The notes under the pieces are model-generated. The model was not told the DNA's origin and ran no database searches. It saw nothing but the letters and a program-made list of their open reading frames with translations. 64,000 nucleotides of DNA from Nemertoderma westbladi (Eukaryota > Animalia > Xenacoelomorpha): the NCBI GenBank assembly GCA_032718475.1, contig JAUCBJ010008126.1:120407-184406 (forward strand), given 5' to 3'. Made by a program: the position numbers and the translations under genes. Numbering within the stretch: the stretch's first letter is position 1; every line of letters starts with the position of its first letter. Positions 51,801 to 60,721 of this stretch are shown in pieces.

Positions 51801-54032
51801 ATGGCTTGTCCTTTACGCGATCTCTTGAAAGTTAAAAACGCATATAGTTGGACAGCCAATCACGAACTAGCATTTGAAAATGTTAAAAAGGCGCTGGCAA
51901 TCCCACCCATTCTTGCCCCATTCGATAAAAACGCAAAACTACAATTAGAAACGGATGCATCCAGAACCAAAGGTTTAGGGTTTGCATTATTGCAGAAACG
52001 AGAAGTTGATCAGGAATGGCATTTAATACAATGTGGGTCGAGATTTTTGAAAGACTGTGAAACGCGGTACGCGGTAATTGAGTTGGAAGCCCTAGCAATT
52101 CAATGGGCCATTACGAAATGTCGAATTTATTTGTATGGTCAACCGCATTTTACAGTGGTGACAGATCACCGCCCCCTTTTACCTATTATGAACACTCAGA
52201 CACTCGATGTAATTGAGAATATGAGACTACAAAATCTCAAAATGAAACTTAGTGGGTACAATTTTACAGTGGAGTGGAAAACGGGAAAGCAGCATTACAT
52301 TCCCGATGCACTTTCGCGAGCACCTGTATCAGATCCTTCGCCCGAAAATGACGAAGACCCAGATGCAACTAAGTATGTGATTGCGGCACTTTTTCAGGCT
52401 GCATCAGAAAAAATTAATAACGAAATATGTGATAGTTATAAATATTCACCGTACAAAGACCCATTACTGGAGAAGCTGCGAAATGTTTCTCGTTATGATA
52501 AGGATTATCAGGCCTTAATCACAGCAATTAACGGCGACTTCGAACCCACAGTGGTTGGAAATCCGTTGGTTCAGCAGTTAAAAAAATTGTGGAATGAACT
52601 GGGTGTAGAAGATGGGATTGTGCTGTTTGGACGTCGCATGGTGATTCCTAAAGAAGCCCGTGCAGACATCTTGACTAAACTGCATGATGCCCATCAAGGT
52701 ATAGAGCGCACTAAAAGACGCGCTAGGGAGTCTGTATATTGGCCAGGAATCAATAATGAAATTGAGATTTTAGTTCAATCCTGTGAAAAGTGCCAATACC
52801 GACTCCCGAGTAATGTGAAAGAACCATGTTTATCGGACCCGACACCCTCGAGAGTTTTCGAGTCCGTTTCATCCGACTTGTTTGACTTTGCGGGTCATGC
52901 ATATTTAGTATATGTAGACAGATTATCTGGATTTCCCTTTGTCACACGGTGGCATAGTGACCCGACAGCACAACAAGTTATTGCAAAATTGCATCAGTAT
53001 TTCGCTCAAACCGGCGTTCCTGTACGTATACGAACTGATAATGGCCCACAGTATAACTCACAAGTTTTTAAAGACTTTTTAGAACGTTGGGGGGTTGCTA
53101 GGGTGCCCTCAACGCCGTATTATCCACAGTCGAATGGCCATGCGGAGGTCTCAGTAAAAATTGTAAAAAGTCTAGTGGCAAAAGCGGATGATGGGCGAAT
53201 TGATTCGGAAATATTTACTCGGGGTATTCTAGAACTACGCAACACACCCCGTATTGATGGTCGTTCTCCAGCGCAGATTGTGTACGGCCATCCACTTCGG
53301 TCACAACTGCCTCTCCATTATCGTGCATTCGATAAGACCTGGCAAACCGAAGCAAAAACGGCTGACGAAGTTGCTTGGCGTGCATCTAAGACCGCGCAGC
53401 TTTACTATGACAGAAACGCACGTGCTTTACCGAAATTGGACCCTGGAACCAAGGTGCTTATCCAGAACCCTGGAACAAAGCGCTGGTCAAAGACCGGCGT
53501 TGTAGTGGAAAGGGGAAGTAGGCGGGATTATCAACTCAAACTCCCATCTGGACGAGTTTATCGCCGAAACAGAAGGTTTCTCCGTCCTCTATTTCAACCG
53601 GACAGACGAGAACCTCCAAACAACCCTACAAACAATATCCCATATCCACCCACTACATTATTGACTGAAGTCGAACCGAAAGTGAAATCTATTCTACGAC
53701 GTAGCACAAGGAAGATCAAACCGGTGGTACGATTCACGGCTTAATTGAAATTGTTTCAGTTTCTCAAGCTGCCAATCTCAATCTCGGTAAGGGAGATGAT
53801 AGGATCGTACTGGACTCTATACTGTATAATGGTGGCGGTCAATATAATAATTATATATAGATATTGTTAATGACGTATGTGCTGGGTTGTCTTACCGGAA
53901 GTAGCCTAATCGTTGCCTAATACTTACTGTAAATATACTGACTGCATGTAGGCCTTGATAAAGTCAGACCCTTATTTCTGATACCGTTCGTCCGTGTCCA
54001 GTTGGACCATTACGCTACACACACACACATCA
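48859..54032 (+). mobile_element. Full-length Ty3/Gypsy LTR retrotransposon (Mag-like)
   Basis: 236-bp TG..CA LTRs at 48859-49094 and 53797-54032, identical by eye. TSD CGTTC (48854-48858, 54033-54037). PBS TGGCGCAG at 49095; PPT AAGGGAGA at 53789-53796. Confidence 0.97.
49143..53744 (+). CDS. Gag-Pol polyprotein, 1533 aa (two zinc knuckles, protease, RT, RNase H, integrase)
   Basis: CMRCG..H...C and CSKC...H....C, PDTGS, RVCVDL, LVDG (RT site altered), TDAS, HHCC, RTDNG, NGHAE; Gypsy domain order. Confidence 0.95.
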   Translation: MDDQVNVSRLKKSHTGYKANYSRLRNQLNSLIQQVNVLAPDERPLALTDDIQRLKGMLEVSSEKLGDSLQLMLDNDVDCTVEETVYDNITVELTGLRLSVIKILGEIPKLPTGIQNPNAQIGNVTQHGTGIGVKSDNAPRATVNKPPIIDQDIDIKRFNRWRVSWCNYAKIIKLQLQPRDEQISAFFGYCSPALLSKLQYVVEIPQNTVLTLEEVFDKFENYLKGRQNIALDRWELTTCKQQECETFDNYYTRLCEMAETAGLRGMREDEWISTLITVGINDEEIRQDLLAKSPALDHKETVLFCRSEEAARSHLRRMKISRSESSDYSSAAATSETSRSRQRCNNKGYQFRKRSQSRNQQSNDDKCMRCGYDKHGQGKFCPAQGKTCSKCKKRNHFAQVCTSKVNKSAAVVSNDSTSAAIHVASCVFNKRCAVEVNLSYDGQHCCQMDAIPDTGSDRTVCGVQLADKLKIDISNFLEPSSDNLLNINGNSIKQIGQLSLLIKLEGQEIRDVITVCEGVTSLYLSLKVCKALRLIHENWPKPLPPIYFGQELNYQSCSLKTQVDKIKVVFKQRERENWILNLPENPSDNEKGEVHRKLSSVYCSVFDCKTELKTMCGKTIGDPMKIELKENFTPFAIHAARKIPFAKRNEVKTELDYLVEKGIIEPVGDRPTEWCHPLVVAPKPDGGIRVCVDLTNLNKQVKRVVHPSNSPYEVVSEIAPESKYFTTLDAKTAYWQVLLDPAARDLTCFITPWGRFIFNRAPMGYISTGDSYNLRADMALRGIDNIHKLVDGMVIADKDFKSHVGRICEVLERCAQYNITIHPNKFNFALCEVKFGGYIVSQEGTKADPEKISAITNFPAPTNRTELRSFMGLVQQLARFSNEISEMACPLRDLLKVKNAYSWTANHELAFENVKKALAIPPILAPFDKNAKLQLETDASRTKGLGFALLQKREVDQEWHLIQCGSRFLKDCETRYAVIELEALAIQWAITKCRIYLYGQPHFTVVTDHRPLLPIMNTQTLDVIENMRLQNLKMKLSGYNFTVEWKTGKQHYIPDALSRAPVSDPSPENDEDPDATKYVIAALFQAASEKINNEICDSYKYSPYKDPLLEKLRNVSRYDKDYQALITAINGDFEPTVVGNPLVQQLKKLWNELGVEDGIVLFGRRMVIPKEARADILTKLHDAHQGIERTKRRARESVYWPGINNEIEILVQSCEKCQYRLPSNVKEPCLSDPTPSRVFESVSSDLFDFAGHAYLVYVDRLSGFPFVTRWHSDPTAQQVIAKLHQYFAQTGVPVRIRTDNGPQYNSQVFKDFLERWGVARVPSTPYYPQSNGHAEVSVKIVKSLVAKADDGRIDSEIFTRGILELRNTPRIDGRSPAQIVYGHPLRSQLPLHYRAFDKTWQTEAKTADEVAWRASKTAQLYYDRNARALPKLDPGTKVLIQNPGTKRWSKTGVVVERGSRRDYQLKLPSGRVYRRNRRFLRPLFQPDRREPPNNPTNNIPYPPTTLLTEVEPKVKSILRRSTRKIKPVVRFTA

Positions 54033-57000
54033 CGTTCTACGTTCGGTTGGTGCGCCGTTCGGTGGTGAGGGTTACGGGATAGGTGAGTCAGCGTTCTACG
54101 TTTGGTTGGTGCGCCGTTCGGTGGTGAGGGTTACGGGATAGGTGAGTCAGCGTTCTACGTTTGGTTGGTGCGCCGTTCGGTGGTGAGGGTTACGGGATAG
54201 GTGAGTCAGCGTTCTACGTTCGGTTGGTGCGCCGTTCGGTGGTGAGGGTTACGGGATAGGTGAGTCAGCGTTCTACGTTCGGTTGGTGCGCCGTTCGGTG
54301 GTGAGGGTTACGGGATAGGTGAGTCAGCGTTCTACGTTCGGTTGGTGCGCCTTTCGGTGGTGAGGGTTACGGGATAGGTGAGTCAGCGTTCTACGTTCGG
54401 TTGGTGCGCCGTTCGGTGGTGAGGGTTACGGGATAATTGAGTCAGCGTTCTACGTTCGGTTGGTGCGCCGTTCGGTGGTGAGGGTTACGGGATAGGTGAG
54501 TCAGCGTTCTACGTTCGGTTGGTGCGCCGTTCGGTGGTGAGGGTTACGGGATAAGTGAGTCAGCGTTCTACGTTCGGTTGGTGCGCCGTTCGGTGGTGAG
54601 GGTTACGGGATAGGTAAGTCAGCGTTCTACGTTCGGTTGGTGCGCCGTTCGGTGGTGAGGGTTACGGGATAGGTGAGTCAGCGTTCTACGTTCGGTTGGT
54701 GCGCCGTTCGGTGGTGAGGGTTACGGGATAGGTGAGTCAGCGTTCTACGTTCGGTTGGTTTGCCGTTCGGTGGTGAGGGTTACGGGATAGGTGAGTCAGC
54801 GTTCTACGTTCGGTTGGTGCGCCGTTCGGTGGTGAGGGTTACGGGATAGGTGAGTCAGCGTTCTACGTTCGGTTGGTGCGCCGTTCGGTGGTGAGGGTTA
54901 CGGGATAGGTGAGTCAGCGTTCTACATTTGGTTGGTGCGCCGTTCGGTGGTGAGGGTTACGGGATAGGTGAGTCAGCGTTCTACGTTTGGTTGGTGCGCC
55001 GTTCGGTGGTGAGGGTTACAGGATAGGTGAGTCAGCGTTCTACGTTTGGTTGGTGCGCCGTTCGGTGGTGAGGGTTACGGGATAGGTGAGTCAGTGTTCT
55101 ACGTTCGGTTGGTGCGCCGTTCGGTGGTGAGGGTTACGGGATAGGTGAGTCAGCGTTCTACGTTCGGTTCGTGCGCCGTTCGGTGGTGAGGGTTACGGGA
55201 TAGGTGAGTCAGCGTTCTACGTTCGGTTGGTGCGCCTTTCGGTGGTGAGGGTTACGGGATAGGTGAGTCAGCGTTCTACGTTCGGTTGGTGCGCCGTTCG
55301 GTGGTGAGGGTTACGGGATAAGTGAGTCAGCGTTCTACGTTCGGTTGGTGCGCCGTTCGGTGGTGAGGGTTACGGGATAGGTGAGTCAGCGTTCTACGTT
55401 CGGTTGGTGCGCCGTTCGGTGGTGAGGGTTACGGGATAGGTGAGTCAGCGTTCTACGTTCGGTTGGTGCGCCGTTCGGTGGTGAGGGTTACGGGATAGGT
55501 GAGTCAGCGTTCTACGTTCGGTTGGTGCGCCGTTCGGTGGTGAGGGTTACGGGATAGGTGAGTCAGCGTTCTACGTTCGGTTGGTGCGCCGTTCGGTGGT
55601 GAGGGTTACGGGATAGGTGAGTCAGCGTTCTACGTTCGGTTGGTGCGCCGTTCGGTGGTGAGGGTTACGGGATAGGTGAGTCAGCGTTCTACGTTCGGTT
55701 GGTGCGCCGTTCGGTGGTGAGGGTTACGGGATAGGTGAGTCAGCGTTCTACGTTCGGTTGGTGCGCCGTTCGGTGGTGAGGGTTACGGGATAGGTGAGTC
55801 AGCGTTCTACGTTCGGTTGGTGCGCCGTTCGGTGGTGAGGGTTACGGGATAGGTGAGTCAGCGTTCTACGTTCGGTTGGTGCGCCGTTCGGTGGTGAGGG
55901 TTACGGGATAGGTGAGTCAGCGTGCTACGTTCGGTTGGTGCGCCGTTCGGTGGTGAGGGTTACGGGATAGGTGAGTCAGCGTTCTACGTTCGGTTGGTGC
56001 GCCGTTCGGTGGTGAGGGTTACGGGATAGGTGAGTCAGCGTTCTACGTTCGGTTGGTGCGCCGTTCGGTGGTGAGGGTTACGGGATAGGTGAGTCAGCGT
56101 TCTACGTTCGGTTGGTGCGCCGTTCGGTGGTGAGGGTTACGGGATAGGTGAGTCAGCGTTCTACGTTCGGTTGGTGCGCCGTTCGGTGGTGAGGGTTACG
56201 GGATAGGTGAGTCAGCGTTCTACGTTTGGTTGGTGCGCCGTTCGGTGGTGAGGGTTACGGGATAGGTGAGTCAGCGTTCTACGTTCGGTTGGTGCGCCGT
56301 TCGGTGGTGAGGGTTACGGGATAGGTGAGTCAGCGTTCTACGTTCGGTTGGTGCGCCGTTCGGTGGTGAGGGTTACGGGATAGGTGAGTCAGCGTTCTAC
56401 GTTCGGTTGGTGCGCCTTTCGGTGGTGAGGGTTACGGGATAGGTGAGTCAGCGTTCTACATTCGGTTGGTGCGCCGTTCGGTGGTGAGGGTTACGGGATA
56501 AGTGAGTCAGCGTTCTACGTTCGGTTGGTGCGCCGTTCGGTGGTGAGGGTTACGGGATAGGTGAGTCAGCGTTCTACGTTCGGTTGGTGCGCTGTTCGGT
56601 GGTGAGGGTTACGGGATAGGTGAGTCAGCGTTCTACGTTCGGTTGGTGCGCCGTTCGGTGGTGAGGGTTACGGGATAGGTGAGTCAGCGTTCTACGTTCG
56701 GTTGGTGCGCCGTTCGGTGGTGAGGGTTACGGGATAGGTGAGTCAGCGTTCTACGTTCGGTTGGTGCGCCGTTCGGTGGTGAGGGTTACGGGATAGGTGA
56801 GTCAGCGTTCTACGTTCGGTTGGTGCGCCGTTCGGTGGTGAGGGTTACGGGATAGGTGAGTCAGCGTTCTACGTTCGGTTGGTGCGCCGTTCGGTGGTGA
56901 GAGTTACGGGATAGGTGAGTCAGCGTTCTACGTTCGGTTGGTGCGCCGTTCGGTGGTGAGGGTTACGGGATAGGTGAGTCAGCGTTCTACGTTCGGTTGG

Positions 57001-58567
57001 TGCGCCGTTCGGTGGTGAGGGTTACGGGATAGGTGAGTCAGCGTTCTACGTTCGGTTGGTGCGCCGTTCGGTGGTGAGGGTTACGGGATAGGTGAGTCAG
57101 CGTGCTACGTTCGGTTGGTGCGCCGTTCGGTGGTGAGGGTTACGGGATAGGTGAGTCAGCGTTCTACGTTCGGTTGGTGCGCCGTTCGGTGGTGAGGGTT
57201 ACGGGATAGGTGAGTCAGCGTTCTACGTTCGGTTGGTGCGCCGTTCGGTGGTGAGGGTTACGGGATAGGTGAGTCAGCGTTCTACGTTCGGTTGGTGCGC
57301 CGTTCGGTGGTGAGGGTTACGGGATAGGTGAGTCAGCGTTCTACGTTCGGTTGGTGCGCCGTTCGGTGGTGAGGGTTACGGGATAGGTGAGTCAGCGTTC
57401 TACGTTCGGTTGGTGCGCCGTTCGGTGGTGAGGGTTACGGGATAGGTGAGTCAGCGTTCTACGTTCGGTTGGTGCGCCGTTCGGTGGTGAGGGTTACGGG
57501 ATAGGTGAGTCAGCGTTCTACGTTCGGTTGGTGCGCCGTTCGGTGGTGAGGGTTACGGGATAGGTGAGTCAGTGTTCTACGTTCGGTTGGTGCGCCGTTC
57601 GGTGGTGAGGGTTACGGGATAGGTGAGTCAGCGTTCTACGTTCGGTTGGTGCGCCGTTCGGTGGTGAGGGTTACGGGATAAGTGAGTCAGCGTTCTACGT
57701 TCGGTTGGTGCGCCGTTCGGTGGTGAGGGTTACGGGATAGGTAAGTCAGCGTTCTACGTTCGGTTGGTGCGCCGTTCGGTGGTGAGGGTTACGGGATAGG
57801 TGAGTCAGCGTTCTACGTTTGGTTGGTGCGCCGTTCGGTGGTGAGGGTTACGGGATAGGTGAGTCAGCGTTCTACGTTCGGTTGGTTTGCCGTTCGGTGG
57901 TGAGGGTTACGGGATAGGTGAGTCAGCGTTCTACGTTCGGTTGGTGCGCCGTTCGGTGGTGAGGGTTACGGGATAGGTGAGTCAGCGTTCTACGTTCGGT
58001 TGGTGCGCCGTTCGGTGGTGAGGGTTACGGGATAGGTGAGTCAGCGTTCTACATTTGGTTGGTGCGCCGTTCGGTGGTGAGGGTTACGGGATAGGTGAGT
58101 CAGCGTTCTACGTTTGGTTGGTGCGCCGTTCGGTGGTGAGGGTTACGGGATAGGTGAGTCAGCGTTCTACGTTTGGTTGGTGCGCCGTTCGGTGGTGAGG
58201 GTTACGGGATAGGTGAGTCAGCGTTCTACGTTCGGTTGGTGCGCCGTTCGGTGGTGAGGGTTACGGGATAGGTGAGTCAGCGTTCTACGTTCGGTTGGTG
58301 CGCCGTTCGGTGGTGAGGGTTACGGGATAGGTGAGTCAGCGTTCTACGTTCGGTTGGTGCGCCTTTCGGTGGTGAGGGTTACGGGATAGGTGAGTCAGCG
58401 TTCTACGTTCGGTTGGTGCGCCGTTCGGTGGTGAGGGTTACGGGATAAGTGAGTCAGCGTTCTACGTTCGGTTGGTGCGCCGTTCGGTGGTGAGGGTTAC
58501 GGGATAGGTGAGTCAGCGTTCTACGTTCGGTTGGTGCGCCGTTCGGTGGTGAGGGTTACGGGATAAG
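54033..58567 (+). repeat. 59-bp minisatellite, right block, ~77 copies
   Basis: Same unit resumes in register after the TSD. Confidence 0.98.
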
Positions 58568-58906
58568 TGTAATGTTCGCTATACAGCGAATCATGAAAGG
58601 GTAAACTACCCATCCAGATGTCTGACTGAAAGAGGGGAATCCGCTATACAGCAGTAACTTCCATGTATATTCAAAACTAAGAATAGCATATATATATTTT
58701 GAATCTCCCGCCACCATTGGATATCTTAGATCGACTATAACAACTCTCCTTTTTTAGAGATACAAATTGGATCTGGACGCCTAGACTAAATAACCTATGA
58801 ATGTATCTTAAACTCAATATTATACACTTATACATAATATCATAATACACTTTGCACTGTATAATAATGTCCTAGTTCCTTTTTTTGAGATTCATTTGTG
58901 ATGAAT

Positions 58907-60721
58907 CTATATATTTCCACCTAGTTGACTATAATCAAGACGATTGGGTTGACATTTGTAGCGTGCACTTCGTCGAACACTGGGTGAGTCCAGATCGATT
59001 GAATTATCGATTGAATTGTCGCTTGAATTGTAATTCGATTGCGCCATATTGTCCGAGTGATTTATTAGTTCAGCTTGGACTGGGCGGATAAATCTTCGAT
59101 TCCGCCATAAGTTTCGTCCAGACGGAAAGCGTAACCGATATCTGCGATCATTGGCAGTTTCAATGACTTTAGCGATGCGATCCCATTTATTAGTTGATGT
59201 ATTTTGCACTAGGACAGTGGTGTTTGTCGATATTGGCGTGAGTGCAAAAGCGGATCTGTTATAATAGTATTTCTGTTTCTCAGCTGTATCCAACCTTCGA
59301 TGGTCGAATAAATCAGCACTTCTTTGCCATTCTGGCGAATAAGCACGCCAATGAGTTGGTATTAGTGTCCGCGTAGGGTGTCCGAATACACGTTGTGCCG
59401 GGGATAGGCCATCAGAATTGGGAGTGTTATATAATTCTAACATGCCAGACTGAAATTCGTGACTTTCTATGTTACCGCCGGTTTTCGCCAATAAGTATTT
59501 AGCTTTTTTGACATTTGCTTCGGCATGTCCATTTCCCTGGGGATGTTTAGGTGATGAGGGAGTCCATTTAACTCCCCAAGTCTGTAGGAATTTTGACATT
59601 GTTTCTGCAGCATATTGGGGTCCTTGATCCGTTGTTAGTGTGTTGGGTATACCAAGCATTGCAAATAAACGTCGCAATACCTTTATTGTATCGGTTGCAG
59701 AAGGTGCACTGGGAAACTTTTCGACCAATAGATATCCGGAATACCTGTCGGCATATATTATGTAATATTGTGTTGAAAGTTGGTAAAAATCAGATGAGAC
59801 TGAAACAAATGCTCGTTTTGGAATGTGTGCTTGAAGAAGTGGTTCATGAGGTAATGAACTCCGATATTTCTGACATTCTAAACATTTATTTACTGTGTTG
59901 GTGATATCAGTGGAATAACCGGGCCAGTATACGGATTGACGTGCGCGTCTTTTTGTGCGGTCTATTCCTTGGTGACTTGCGTGGAGTTTACGGAGAATAT
60001 CATTAACTGATGTTGGTGGAATGACAATCTGATGTCCTTTCAATACGATACCATTTTCTATAGAAAGGTCATTGCGAATACTCTTAAACTTTTCAATGTA
60101 TCCATTATTATTAGTATTTTGAAAGTTATTAGAGATTGCTGTAATAAGTTCTTGATAATTAATGTCTCTGTCGGCGCATTTACGCAAATCGTCTACTATT
60201 AAGTCAGGTATTTCGAATGCAGCTATGTTTGTATCAATTGCATGCAGTGCCGAATTTTCCATTTCTATCAGATCATCATCAATATCTGGCTCTAGAACCG
60301 GTGCTCTAGACAGTGCATCTGGGATTGAGTGTTGTTTTCCATGTTCCCAAACTACGGAAAAACTGTAGTCGCTTAGTCTAGATCTATAATTGAGAATGCG
60401 AGTGTTATCGATCTCTATTAATCCATAGTTGTTGAATATTTGGACCAGAGGTTTGTGGTCTGTGATAACAGTAAATTGGGGTATACCTGCCAAATACACA
60501 TGACATTTTTTGATGGCCCATGTTATAGCTAAGGCTTCTAGTTCAATAACCGCGTATCTGGTTTCAACATCCTTCAAGAAGCGGCTTCCGCATTGAATTA
60601 ATTTCTGAACTCCTGCCTGTTTTTGCAGTAGTGCAAACCCAAGTCCATTTAACCGTGATGCATCTGTTTTTAATATGGTTTCAGCGGTGGGATCGAACAT
60701 TCCAAGAATTGGTGGGCTCAA
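58907..60721 (-). CDS. RNase H-integrase part of the polyprotein, separated by a 1-nt frameshift
   Basis: TDASRLNGLGF, ELEALA, TDHKPL, HHCC, TTDQG, NGHAE. Confidence 0.92.
   Translation of the reverse strand: MSPPILGMFDPTAETILKTDASRLNGLGFALLQKQAGVQKLIQCGSRFLKDVETRYAVIELEALAITWAIKKCHVYLAGIPQFTVITDHKPLVQIFNNYGLIEIDNTRILNYRSRLSDYSFSVVWEHGKQHSIPDALSRAPVLEPDIDDDLIEMENSALHAIDTNIAAFEIPDLIVDDLRKCADRDINYQELITAISNNFQNTNNNGYIEKFKSIRNDLSIENGIVLKGHQIVIPPTSVNDILRKLHASHQGIDRTKRRARQSVYWPGYSTDITNTVNKCLECQKYRSSLPHEPLLQAHIPKRAFVSVSSDFYQLSTQYYIIYADRYSGYLLVEKFPSAPSATDTIKVLRRLFAMLGIPNTLTTDQGPQYAAETMSKFLQTWGVKWTPSSPKHPQGNGHAEANVKKAKYLLAKTGGNIESHEFQSGMLELYNTPNSDGLSPAQRVFGHPTRTLIPTHWRAYSPEWQRSADLFDHRRLDTAEKQKYYYNRSAFALTPISTNTTVLVQNTSTNKWDRIAKVIETANDRRYRLRFPSGRNLWRNRRFIRPVQAELINHSDNMAQSNYNSSDNSIDNSIDLDSPSVRRSARYKCQPNRLDYSQLGGNI

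Noticed and set aside
43647-58567. CRISPR-like arrays
   Set aside because: Head-to-tail units without unique spacers, no cas genes, and a spliceosomal eukaryotic context.
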